64,000 nucleotides of DNA, taken from NCBI GenBank assembly GCA_013265495.1, contig MU058252.1:1770244-1834243 (forward strand), in the 5' to 3' direction. Below are positions 37,889-49,361 of the stretch, in pieces. The notes beneath the pieces were generated by a model. The model did not search any database and had not been told where the DNA came from. It saw nothing but the letters and a program-made list of their open reading frames with translations. Positions within the stretch are counted from its first letter, which is position 1; every line of letters begins with the position of its first letter. The position numbers were made by a program, and so were the translations under genes. This DNA comes from Vicugna vicugna. Lineage: Eukaryota.

Positions 37889-38293
37889 CCCAGGTGGAGA
37901 TCTGGGTCTCGTCTCTTCTGCTGGACAAGGATGCCCAGGTGGAGAGCTGGGTCTCATCTCTTCTGCTGGACAAGGACACCCAGGTGGAGAGCTGGGTCTT
38001 GTCTCTTCTGTTGGACAAGGATGCCCAGGTGGAGATCCGGGTCTTGTCTCTTCTGTTGGACAAGGATGCCCAGGTGGAGATCCGGGTCTCATCTCTTCTG
38101 CTTGACAAGAACACCCAGGTGGAGAGCTGGGTCTTGTCTCTTCTGTTGGACAAGGATGCCCAGGTGGAGATCCGGGTCTCATCTCTTCTGCTTGACAAGG
38201 ACACCCAGGTGGAGAGCTGGGTCTCGTCTCTTCTGTTGGACAAGGACACCCAGGTGGAGATCTGGGTCTTGTCTCTTCTGTTGGACAAGGACA
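37889..38293. repeat. Minisatellite, 9 x 45 bp
   Basis: Unit cccaggtggagatctgggtctcgtctcttctgctggacaaggatg starts at 37889, 37934, 37979, 38024, 38069, 38114, 38159, 38204 and 38249. Confidence 0.98.
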
Positions 38294-38299
38294 GTCCTT

Positions 38300-38688
38300 A
38301 ACAAAATTCAGCTCCCCCACGCACCCTCCCCAACTTGTGGGGCATCCTCAGGCTCTTTACCCAGCTTCTCCTCCCCGGGACTCAGTGACCCTCTACTCTC
38401 TCCTGCCCCAGGTTCCTCACCAGATGCTTGTTCACCCCTCCACCTCACCATCCCATCTCAGAACTCCTCCTCGCTCCCCTTCTCACTTGAAAACACCTAT
38501 TTTGTTCTATTTTTTCAGGCCCCTGTCCATTGGATATAAAATAATTAATACACTGTTGATGTTACCTCTTCCCATCTTCTTGGTCTGCAGGCTTTCCGAA
38601 TAAAGTCACTGCTCTTTGCCCCAACACCTAGTCTCCCGATTTGTCGGCCTGTCGTGTGGCGAGTAGTAAGAGCGTGGACTCGGTAACA
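38300..38688 (+). mobile_element. ERV1 LTR 3' portion (MER34-like)
   Basis: TATAAA at ~38536, AATAAA at ~38599, and the characteristic end gccccaacacctagtctcccgatttgtcggcctgtcgtgtggcgagtagtaagagcgtggactcggtaaca. Confidence 0.75.
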
Positions 38689-38869
38689 ATAACTGTGCTT
38701 TAAAGAACAGTATTCTTTAAAAATGATAAGGAAATATTTGTTGTGATCATTATTATCAGCATCACTGTCCTCCCGGATTGCCCTGACTTACAGCTGGTCA
38801 TGTCAGGCAGGCCAAGTCGTAAGGTACCGGAGGCAGGACAGTGTCCAGAAAATAAACTTGCATCGATTC

Positions 38870-39560
38870 CATTTCCGTAAGTGCGTAATCCAGGTCGGAG
38901 GACGAGACAGCATTCTTGAGGAGAAACGCAGGAACTGCAGGAGGCGGACGGCTCGGACTTCCCTGGAACCCGTTTCCAGGGACCCGCCCCCCGCCCCCAG
39001 CGCCCCCGCCCACGGAGCCGCGGTGGCCCGGCGTCGGCGCGCTGCCGGACGACAAGGAAGGCGTCCGCGGGAGGGCGGGTGCGAGCTGACTGAAGCGTGA
39101 GAAGTCTGCCGGAGCCTCACTCCTGCGCTGCAAGTTAGCGCCGCTGTTCACCCCTCAGTAACCGCCGCGCCCCGCACGGTCGGTCCAGGAGACCCTGGGA
39201 CGGCGTCGGCTCAGGGCCCCGGGAGGAGCGAGCGCCCCTGCCGTCGCCCGGCAGACAGGACCCGGGCCAAGCAAGCCGCGAGGATCCGGCCAGATGCCAA
39301 CGAAGCCCTTGTGCAGTGCTCATCGGATCCATCGGCCTTGCTACAGCCGGGAGCACGTGAAGTGAGCCCTGGCGTGCGCTACCTTGAAATGCAGTCCAGA
39401 CAGAAGTCAGGCTGTTGCCTTCCGTGTACTTGTTAGATCACCCGGAAACGCCGTCCTCCCGGTGCTCGGCTTGGCGTGCGGAGCGGCTGCCGGGGCCGCC
39501 GTGGCCTCTGCGCGGAGTGGCCGGGCTCATCAGAAGGTGCCGTGGTGTCTGGAAAATATC
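38870..39560. promoter_or_regulatory. CpG island / putative promoter
   Basis: About 700 bp of very high GC and CpG; tandem GC boxes 38983-39011; E-box CACGTG 39354-39359; donor-like sites facing outward on both sides. Confidence 0.8.
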
Positions 39561-40269
39561 TCAGCAGCAATTCTGCTTGTGCCTTTTCTTTTTCTAAAAA
39601 TAGCGGCAACAAACCGGCACCGCCTCCCAGATACCTGCTGGCATCCTGTTTTAGCAGCCCGTTCGTGAGCTGCCAGGGGTTTAGGACAAGCCCATCTCAG
39701 AATAAAAATGCTTCTCCTGCAAACTACGAGATGGATCGACATACTGAGGTTTTTCTTTTTCTTTCTTTTTTTTTAAACCCCCCCCCAATTCACCAAATTT
39801 TCTTTGAAGGCCTTTGAAAAATTGCCATCTTAATGTTCAACTCCGGGGCCATCGGAGACTTTGGCTTCAGCGAAGTCAAAGCAGGAGGCCGCTTTAGCGT
39901 TCCTTGTCCACTGTCCGTCTCGTGGAGGAGGCAAGGGGATGAGGAGCGGAGGGTGTGCTCTCACGTCCAGCTAGGGCGGACCGGCTTCCAGCCCAGTGTC
40001 CTGGGTGCTGGGCAGGGCTCTCGAGGCTTCAGTAACAAATGCGCACTGAACACGGCGATGCTCAGGCCCAGCGGTACCGAGTCCACAGGCCTGCCCCTTC
40101 CCAGACCCCTGCCTCATGAAACTGCAATTAGATCATCACCACGGAGTTGAAGATGGAATCAGGATAAGGCCTGGTCTGTTCGCCTCCCTGTTTATTTACA
40201 AAAGTTGTGAAGCAGGTGAAGTTTGGCACAGGGCCTTCCTGCTTCCCCTTTTTTTTTTTTTAAAGTTCA

Positions 40270-40480
40270 GCCCATTTATGTTTATTTTTTCTTAAGTACA
40301 GTCAGTTACAATGTGTCGATTTCTGGTGTGCAGCATCCTGTTTCAGGCATACATACACATACAGCTATTCCTTTTCATATTCTGTTTCATTATAGGTCAC
40401 TACAAGACAGTGAATGTAGTTCCCTGTGCTATACAGAAGAAATTTGTTTTTTCAATCTATTTTTTATATAGTAGTTAATA
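40270..40480 (-). mobile_element. Lineage-specific L1 3' tip
   Basis: aagtacagtcagttacaatgtgtcgatttctggtgtgcagca...ttccctgtgctatacagaagaaat. Confidence 0.85.
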
Positions 40481-40739
40481 TTTTTGTGTTTCTTTTACGC
40501 TTGTTGGAAAACCATTTTCCCAGCCTTGGTACCCACAGCCACCGAGACAGGGAAAATTATTTTAGAGCAAGCAAGGCAGGGACTTTGATGTGATTTACTT
40601 AGCAACAGAAAGCTCCCTCTTGCTGAATTTTAAGGCTCCCACGCTGCCTGCTCGTTGCCCTGGTTTGGAGGGAGGGGCATCATGTCACTGGATTAAGAAT
40701 TCATGGTTGCGTGTAATATTGATTCTTAGGTGTTTGATA

Positions 40740-41470
40740 AGATTTGCTTCTTTGTGTTTCATTGTATGATCAATTGAAAACCGTTCTCCATGTGCCTGAA
40801 AATAATTTTTAGGTGCAACATGCTATACACATTCTTAAGAATAAGCTTGCCATTTTGGTGTTCAAATCTTCTGTATCCTTGATACTTTAATTTTTGGGAT
40901 TGATTAGTAATCGAAAGGCATATAAAAACCACTCTTATTTTAGATTTATCACATTTTCCATGTTATTCTTTCCTTTTATAATTTGTGCAGTTTAAAGCTG
41001 TGTTAGTTTCAGACCCCTTCCAAATGGTTATAGTTTTCTGGTGGTTTTCCTCTTTTAGTGTTCTGTGCTGAGACGTAGGGCACCACGTGTACTTCAGCTG
41101 AGGCGAATAATGAAACATCGGCTTCTCTCTGTTGGTCTTTGCCCATTTTCTTCCCTCATGTTATTTTCGGTCTCCCAGTTTAGCAATGTCTCTTGGCAAT
41201 TTCACCTGGTGGCTAAATGTTACTTGTTTCAGACCAAGTGAAAATGTATCATTTGTCTGGGAGGCTTCATCTAATTACGCTCCCACTGTCTGTTTATTTA
41301 AATAGACCTGAATCTACTTCCTCATTTTGTGCCTTATGTTTACTAGACTTTTTGCTCTTTTTTTCTCCCTTCACCCCTCTATTGTCTTCTTGAAAACAGG
41401 TCAGGTTTTTTATACTCTTTATTTCCCCCTGACTGGTTGGGAAGTTACAGATTTTATTCCTATTCTTGAA
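40740..41470 (-). mobile_element. Old L1 (L1ME-like) fragment
   Basis: T-rich, with gttcaaatcttctgtatccttg and ttttagatttatcacattttcc typical of antisense L1 ORF2. Confidence 0.55.
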
Positions 41471-41486
41471 GTGTAGCTTAATTTTT

Positions 41487-41641
41487 TCTATTTAATTTTT
41501 TTTTAACTTTTGGAGGTAGAGGTAATTAGGTTTATTTATTTTTATTTTATTAATTTTTTAATGAAGGTACTGGGGATTGAACCCAGGACCTTGTGCATGC
41601 TAAGCACGTGCTCTACCACTGAACTATACCCTCCCTGCCGA
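41487..41641 (-). mobile_element. Camelid tRNA-derived SINE with 13-bp TSD
   Basis: TSD tagcttaattttt at 41474-41486 and 41642-41654. Confidence 0.93.
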
Positions 41642-41659
41642 TAGCTTAATTTTTAATTA

Positions 41660-42720
41660 AAAAAAACTTTGAAAAACCCTCACACTTACAGAAAATTTGC
41701 AATTACAACACAAAGAACAGTTGATCTCTACCTAATACTTCATGTGTATTTCCTACAAACAAGGACGTTCTCCTGTAAAACCACGATTCAACCATCAGTG
41801 TTTGGAAGTAGTGCTCCTGCATCACTGCGAAGACAGCTGCTCCTGTCACTGACTGGTCCGATGAGTTCCTTTAAAGCATCCTGTTCAGAATTCCACACAA
41901 CTTGGGTTGTCACCTTCCTTAGTCTGGAGTTCTTCATTCTTCCCTTGATTTTATGTCCTTGGCACTTTTGAAGGTTTTAGGCCAGTTTTTCTGTAGAATG
42001 CCCTCAATTTGGCTTTGTCCAGTGTTCCCTAATTCCTGTCACAAACGCACACCCAGAATGGAATCATATCACAGAAAGGCCATGTGGGTTTTGTTTTTAA
42101 TCCTATCAGGTGATGTGTAATTCCAACTTGTCCTTTTTTGAATTATGTTCACTTTGATCATTTGATGAAGGTAGTATTTCTCCAGGTAAAGTTGCTTTTT
42201 TCCTGGGTATAATTAATAGGTACTTTGTGATAGAGGACTCTGAAACTATGAAAATATCTAATTTCTCATCAAATTTTCTATTATTATACTCTGTTTTTAT
42301 ACTCTCTATTTTTCCTCTACTAGTTGGGAAGTTACCCATTTTATTCCTATTCTTTGTAGTGGTTAAGCTTAATTTTTAATTTAAAAAACACTGAAAAAAC
42401 CCTTAAACATCCTATTTCATTCAAGAAATTATAATCTCCTATTAATGTTATTTATTTTCATGTTCAGATTGTTCCAGATGGGGTCCCTGGCAGCCGCTGA
42501 CTGTTGTCTTTGACATGCCTGTCATTTTGCTTATTTCCTGTTGCTGGTACAATGAGATGTCGTCTTATACTTTTCTGCCCCAAATCTGGACTCTTCCGTA
42601 TCTCCAAGGATCACTGACTCCCTAGAGTGGAGAATGGCATTGAAGCCATGGTCTGGGGAGCAAGTGTGCTCATCGCTAATAGGAGATCGTGGCTGCCCCT
42701 GCCCGGTGGACACAGTGAGA
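41660..42720 (-). mobile_element. L1MC-like 3' UTR
   Basis: cttacagaaaatttgcaa...ggccagtttttctgtagaatgccctcaatttgg...atctccaaggatcactgactccctagagtggagaatgg. Confidence 0.75.
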
Positions 42721-43044
42721 CATTGCAAGGCTGTTACAATTTTCCCTTTGGACTTTAGGTTGAGACAAGTCACTTCCACCGGATGTTGGTACCTGGCGAC
42801 CCCAGCCCTTCTGGGCTGACTGTGGGAAGTCTCAAGATGGCAGGCTCATGGAGAAGACAGATGCTGGTCTCACTGCAGCAGCCTCCTGGGCCCCATTCAG
42901 TCATCACTGCCACCACAGTGAGGCCAGGCTTACTTGGGGTGAGTGTGGACGGAGTCTCTTGGGGTTTACGTAGGTGCTTAGAAAGACCTGAGGGTAACCT
43001 TTGGAATAGTAAACAGAGAGATTTCCTTACGCTGGAGCTGTTTC

Positions 43045-43618
43045 TTTTCTTTTTTTTTTTCTTCTTTTTTAATTGAAGCACACTCAGTTTACAATGCTTC
43101 GATTATTCCTGATGCACAGCATAATATTTCAGTCATACATGTACTACATATATTCATTTTCATATTCTTTTTCATGATAGGTTACTATAAGATATTGAAT
43201 ATAGTTCCCTGTGCTATACAGAAGAAATTAGTTTTTTTTTTAATCTGTTTTATATGTAGTAGTTAGTTATCTGCAAATCTCAAACTCTCAATTTGTCCCT
43301 TCCCACCTCATTTCCCTCTGGTGACCACAGGATTGTTTACCAATAAGTGACAATAGCTAACATCCATGCTTTGTAGGTAAGTTCATTCGGGTCTTCTTTT
43401 TCCTCCAGTGAAGACATACAAATGGCCAATAAGGATGTGAAAAAAATGTACAATATCACTAATTATCAGAGAAACGCAAGTCAAAACTATGTTATCACCT
43501 CACACCAGCCAGAATGGCCATCATTCAAAAGTCCACAAATGATAAATGCTGGAGAGGCTGTGGAGAAAAGGGAACCCTCCTACACTGTTGGTGGGAATGC
43601 AGTTTGGTGCAGCCATCA
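43045..43618 (-). mobile_element. L1 with 5' inversion
   Basis: Minus-strand 3' end 43045-43400 joined to a plus-strand ORF2 piece 43405-43618; imperfect TSD tggagctgtttct / tggggttgtttct. Confidence 0.8.
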
Positions 43619-44039
43619 TGGGGTTGTTTCTAATGAAATCTTAATTAGCGTGCTTGAGTTTACACCGAGTCCATTCTGGAAATCAGGCCACATCGCTGGG
43701 GACCGAGGGATGGGGGGTCAGGGAGCACGGGCATCTAACAGTGAGAGATGCAATTGTTCTGGAAGATGCCTCAGTGCAGTTGTCAGCAACCCAGGACCAA
43801 GCAGCATTTGGAGACAGGAAAGAGCTGGCATCAGGTCCAACCGGCTCCAGATGGCTGGTGAAACTTAAGCCAAAGGCTTCCTTCCCAGAAGGGAAATAGT
43901 GGGAGTGGCAGACCCCAGGGAGGCCTGAGGTCTAGGGATTGTTAAGAAAAGAGCTCAGATTAAGGGATGGGCCTGGAACCAGACCCAGGTACCGGAAGTG
44001 GGACGCGGTAGAGGGACGAGCTAGTAAGACTGCACCACT

Positions 44040-44230
44040 AAGCCAGGGCCCCTCTTCCTGCCCTTGAATTCGCGCTCCACCTCCGCCGAGGGCTGTGATC
44101 TCAGGCGGAAGGCTTGACTGCTCTGTGCCGGGGTGACCTCCTCTGCAAGCTGGGATCCTGAACCAGCCACACCATGGAGTCGCTGGGAGGATAACATGAG
44201 GTAACACAAGGAAAGTGTTAAACAGCGACA
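44040..44230 (+). mobile_element. MIR SINE
   Basis: ttgaattcgcgctccacc...ctgtgatctcaggcggaag...gggaggataacatgaggtaacacaaggaaagtgtta. Confidence 0.6.
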
Positions 44231-45624
44231 GATGTTGGCACGGATGTCAGCTATTTTCACTCAAGGACGAAGGAGAAACTGTCATTGGAACCGAGGCCCA
44301 AGGTCAGGCCAAGTGAGCACGAATATGACTCTCTCTTATTCTGGAACATTGAACTTGATCCAAGGCTTTGGGGAGGGGCCGGCAGGAAGGAAGCTGCAGG
44401 CAGGGGCGTGGCAGCAGGGAGGAAGCCGCTCCCGGCGTGGCAGCTGGAGTGTGGAGCGTAGCTCGGACCAGCGCTTCTCCCGGGGGCAGGGGTGCTGCTC
44501 GCTGGGAGCCGCCGCGCGCACGGCCGCCAGGCGTGTGCTAATCCCCCGTCATCTCGGCTTTGACTTGGGGAGTCATGGTGTTCGCCATTTCTTTAGAGAG
44601 AAGGGAAAGCTACACAAGCATGGCAAACAGCAGCCAGTTCTGAGAGCATCTTTCTCCCTCGTCCCACATCCATCCCCGAAAGCACTGATGTGAAGCGAGC
44701 AAGAGTAAATTGAAAAGCAAACTCGTCTTTCAAGCACATAAAAAAGATTAAACACAAGGGGGGAGGAGCAGAGGCGGATGCGGACCAAACATCCGTGCCT
44801 GAGAGAGACTTCCGAGGAATCACAGGGCTGAGCCATAAAATGTTTATGGCGTCCCAGGAATAATTGAATATTTCCTGGTTTGTTGTGCTGAGATTTTATG
44901 AGCCAAACAGGGGACCTTTAAAGCTTGTTTTCCTTTGCTCTTCAATAGGTTTAATTAAGGTTGGACTTGAGGCTTAACGTTGTTTGAAACTTCGAGATTT
45001 AAAACAACTCAAGAAACCTGCATAACCACTGAAGCAGGTAAGGACTGGGCCAGTTACTTGGGCATCCCTAATAGGCTAATAATTTGGTACCCTTTCAAAG
45101 TAGAAATTTTAGTGTTTTTCCTTAGCAACCACTCAGAGCATGCTGAAATAAAAATCTTTATTAATGCATCTTTTTGTACTTGAAAATCCTTCAGTCTGCT
45201 GCCTGGTGCCCTTCCTTAGCAACAGGACCAACTTGTGTCTTCCTTTCCTTAAACCTTCGCCCCATCCCACCCGCTAGAGGTAGCTAACCCCTTATTATGC
45301 AGGGAATTTACTTCCTTTCTCACTTCCATCTCATCTCAGACTTTGCTTTAGCCGTTAGATACACCCATCACGTAATACAGTCTTTAGTCGATATTAAATG
45401 AGAGGCCATTATAGTAAGGGAAAATACTTTGCTTTTAACAATAACAAAACAACAATGGATTTTCTAGATAATAGTATCCTTAAGGAGGGATTATGTTCAG
45501 ATACAGAATCACAAATTTATCCTATGTCCTGATTAAGACCAGAACCAACTTGTATTTCTCCAATCAGGCCTTTTGTTATCTCTTGTGGAGACTGGAGTTA
45601 ACTAGTACAGTATGTACTTAAACT

Positions 45625-46050
45625 TTTAAAAACAGACCTTGTTTTTCAGAGTAGTTTTAGGTTCACAGCAAGATTGATCGGAAAGTACCGAGTTCCCATA
45701 CACCTCTCCCCCAACCCTGCCACACGCACGGCCTCCCCCCAGCCCCCCATCACCATCCCCTGCATGTGTTAAATCAAGTAACCTACCTTCATCATCCCCC
45801 AAGTTCACTCTTGGTGTTGTGCACTCTCTGAGTTTTGACAAATGTGTAATGGCTTGTATCCACCATTACAGGACCGTACAGAGCAGTGCTCTGTCTGTTC
45901 ATTTCCCCCTCCCCTCTCACTCCGGGGGACCGCACACCTTTTTACAGTCTCCGTAGTTTTGCCTTTTCTCAGGATGTGATGCAGTTGGAATCATACAGCA
46001 CACAGTCTTTTCAGGTTCTTTCACTTACGTTCCTTCCATGTCTTTTTTAA
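45625..46050 (-). mobile_element. L1MA/MB-like 3' UTR
   Basis: agagtagttttaggttcacagcaagattgatcggaaagtaccgagttcccata. Confidence 0.85.
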
Positions 46051-47159
46051 AATGGCCTTTACTTTTTAGTCACAGTATTTACTTTTTATTTCAATGATGA
46101 CTTAAGGTGGCTTCTAAATTGGGAGCCCAATCACCCCTTTATCAAACGTGCTCTGAGCATGGCCAGGAGCGGTGGAGCTCAGTTCCCACATTTGTGAACA
46201 TTGAGTTACCTCTCCCCGCCATGTGACTGCAGGAGAAATGCTGCTTCTTGTGCAAAGTCATTGCTAGACGTGAGGAAGTGGGCAAAGCTGACGATGCCTT
46301 TAGACACACGCCCAGAGAAGGTGCACTGCCTCCTACCGCTTTTCCTCTTGAATGTAACCTTTACTTTTATGGCCTTATTTCTCAAAGAAATTTCAATCGT
46401 CCTTGGGAAAAAAGGGCAATGTGCCTTGATTTTAAAGACTGGAGTTTTTAATTGAGAGAACAGACGACAGGTCTGCCCCTTGAAATTTCAGCATGATCCC
46501 TGGACTTACAGCAGCTGTTGGGTACCGGGGACAGAGTGGAGCGCTGGTGCCACCCCATCCTCCTGTGGGTGCAGCCCAGCGTGCGCTCTGACCCTCTGTG
46601 CTGCAAGAAAGCTAAAGGCAGCCAGCTGGCCCCTCCCCTCTGTTTCCTGAGTGATGTGACGGGTCCCCTGCCCCACTAGAAGCGCCTAATATGTTGAAAT
46701 GAGCTGTGGCCTTAGAAGTGGACACTTGGGGTTAAAGCAGACACAAGAACACTCTCATTTCCCCTAAAGCAGAAGTTACAACTGGACACTCCATCCCTCG
46801 GGTACCACATGAGCCCACCCTTGGCTGATGGCAGACGTTTGGTGTCAGCAAGAAAACTGAGCCTGCCTCTGCCACGATGATCTCTTTCTTTACTCGTGGA
46901 ATTCCTCCAAGAGGACATGAAAAGTAAGCAGCCACGTCACAGCTTACTGTCTTTTCTTCCCTACACCCACTGTGCTTTATTAGTCCTCAGCTCTGGATCC
47001 AGATTCTATCTTGTCAGAGGGTGTGCAGGCTGACCAGCCCCCGGCAATCTTTTAGACACGCCATTTAAAGATCCTCGTGACGCCATCCATAGAGTCATGG
47101 GCGTTGCCTCTTGTGATGAGCAGCAAGACATCGTCCATGTTTCCCAGTTCAAGTTCCTC

Positions 47160-47470
47160 ATGTTGCAGATGAGAACAGTGAGATCCAGCGACTTGTGTGA
47201 AGCTGCTCAATTGCCTAGCACAAGAGCTGGGACTAGAAGTGGGCTCTCTGAATCCTACTTCTGCTTTTTTTCCACGTGTGTCATGGATGCATGTTTTTAT
47301 TTATTTCATTAAACAAAGACAGGCAGCACTGAAATGTGCACTGGGTCCCCCTGCAGCAATTACCAGCACTAGTGAAGTCAGAGCTGGCCTTTCTCCCATT
47401 TCACAGAGGAGGAGACCGAAGGAGGCCAGTGATTTGCCAAGGTCAGAGTTTGTAAAAGGCTGTACGTCCT
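47160..47470 (-). mobile_element. Two MIR fragments
   Basis: ttgcagatgagaacagtgag and cccatttcacagaggaggagaccgaagg...gatttgccaaggtcaga. Confidence 0.6.
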
Positions 47471-49007
47471 GAGAATACAGCAGGTCTGCTGGCCTCTCCC
47501 CCCTCCTCTGGCGTCTCCACTGTTTGATCCTCTAAGCAGGCTTACTGGTGCTGGCCTTTATCACAAACTCCAAATTGGATGTAATATCTCCAAACTGGAA
47601 AGACAGATCTTGGCTCAACAAGCACCATCAAATTAAGGTTTAACTATGTGTCAGATCAAGAGACACTTTTTAGCAACAATTTTCTTTCAAATTTAGATCC
47701 TTCCAGGGTCTCAAAAAAACAATCATTTCTCTCTATGCCTGGGTGCCTCGTGGCCTGAAGGAATGTTAATGTGTTTATCTTACACGTCTCAGTTATTCAA
47801 AGGGTTATGGCAAGAGAGAACTGGGCTGCTTTCCCGTGCAAATCTCAGCTGGGAGGGTTCCTTTTTTCCCCTTTGATATTAAAAAGCAAAGCAAGAGACA
47901 TAATCGTTCTTAAAGATGACTTTTCTCTCATCATACCTGCTAAGATTCCTGGCTTGTGGGCAAGTATCAAAGCCATCAGATGCTTTGGCTGTTTTTAGCT
48001 TTCTCAGCTATTTTGTGATAGAATAGAGGGAAATGATGTGAAGAGAGTCGTCCTGGAGTGAAGGTAAGTATTTCTCTTAACCCAGTAAGAAAACTCCCAT
48101 AGTTCTTTAGGGATCAATCAGCACTATTAATGAAAAAGCGAGGCAAATACAAAACAAGAACCAATGAATCTTTTTACAGGTTAACCTGGGATTTAACCTG
48201 CAATCTGCCGCTCTCTGGCTATGTGGGCTTAGGCCACGCCATAGCACTTTCTAGCCTAGATTCTAGAAGATGGACTTCTTCTGGATGAACATGATTATGT
48301 TTGGGGGTTCACGTAGGGGTCACTTGCTTGGGAGCTGGGTAAGAGAGTGGGGTGCGCTGGGGGAAGGTAGCATGGCCCTTCTAAAGGAGGAGGTGGGCTG
48401 TGGGGGAAGACAAGGCTCTGATGGGGGACTCAAGTTGCAGCCCAGTGGGTGGAGAGGTGGTGGACCATCTTCGCTGGCGAGGAAAGGGCTGTCATTTCAG
48501 CAGAGGGCCAGCCTCCAGGAGTTTGGAAGGGGATAGTGCAAGTTACCTGTGCCGTGGAGTTTGGCCATGGGAATGGTACCCAAAAGTGATGAACAGAGTC
48601 AGTTAACAGTATTCGTGGGTCCATGAGAAAAGGTCCCTGAGGGAGGGCTAACAGTGCACAACGTGTGAAAAAACCCTCAAATTATTTTAGAGAGGTTTGG
48701 TGAAAAGGGAACACGTCCCAGTGTAACCTACAGATTTCAGCACAAATAGAAACACTCAGTGAGAGACACCAAGAAGGAACAGAACAGAGATGGGAACGAG
48801 CAGCGGGGGAGGCCGGGGAAAGGAGGCACGGAGGCGGGAAACGGATTAAGTGAAGACACAAGCAATGAGGTCCCTGAGTGAGAATTCCCTCAGGTCCACT
48901 GGGAAGTGGGATTTGCTCCTGAAACGGTTTTGGGAGGAAAGGGCTCAGACTTGCTGGGAGAACTTCAGGGCGATTGTACTGAGCAGGTCAAAGAGGAGTG
49001 AAGCTGG

Positions 49008-49361
49008 AGTATCTCTCCGCTGGGGCAACCACCACTCCTCCCACAGACCGGAGGCCCCACAGCAGAATGTCGTCCGTTCACAGCTCAGGAGGTCGGAAGT
49101 CCAAGACGCAGGAGTCAGCCGGGCTGGCTCCCTCGGAGCCTCCTGCTTGACTGGCAGATGACATTTCTGGCGTCTCTTTCTATGTGTCCAAATTGCCTCT
49201 TATAAGGACACTGGTCAGACTCGATTCCAGCCCACGATAAGGACATAATTTTGCCTTCAGCACCTTTTTCAAGGTCTTATTTCCAAATACAGTCCCAGTC
49301 TGAGGCACTGGGGTCAAGACTTCAACATGGGAATTTGCGGGAAGTCAACTCAGCCCGTAAC
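49008..49361 (-). mobile_element. MaLR LTR (MLT1A/B-like)
   Basis: cacagctcaggaggtcggaagtccaaga...cttataaggacactggtcaga...ccaaatacagtcccagtctgaggcactggggtcaagacttcaaca. Confidence 0.85.

Noticed and set aside
37889..38293. CRISPR-like array
   Set aside because: Units are contiguous near-identical tandem copies with no unique spacers, there are no cas genes, and the DNA is mammalian.
37665..38539. Repetitive ORFs of 135-220 aa on both strands
   Set aside because: Explained by the stop-poor 45-bp unit being a multiple of 3; no evidence of coding function.
45113..45225. Two ccttagcaac RFX half-sites
   Set aside because: Only half-sites match well; not distinguishable from chance.
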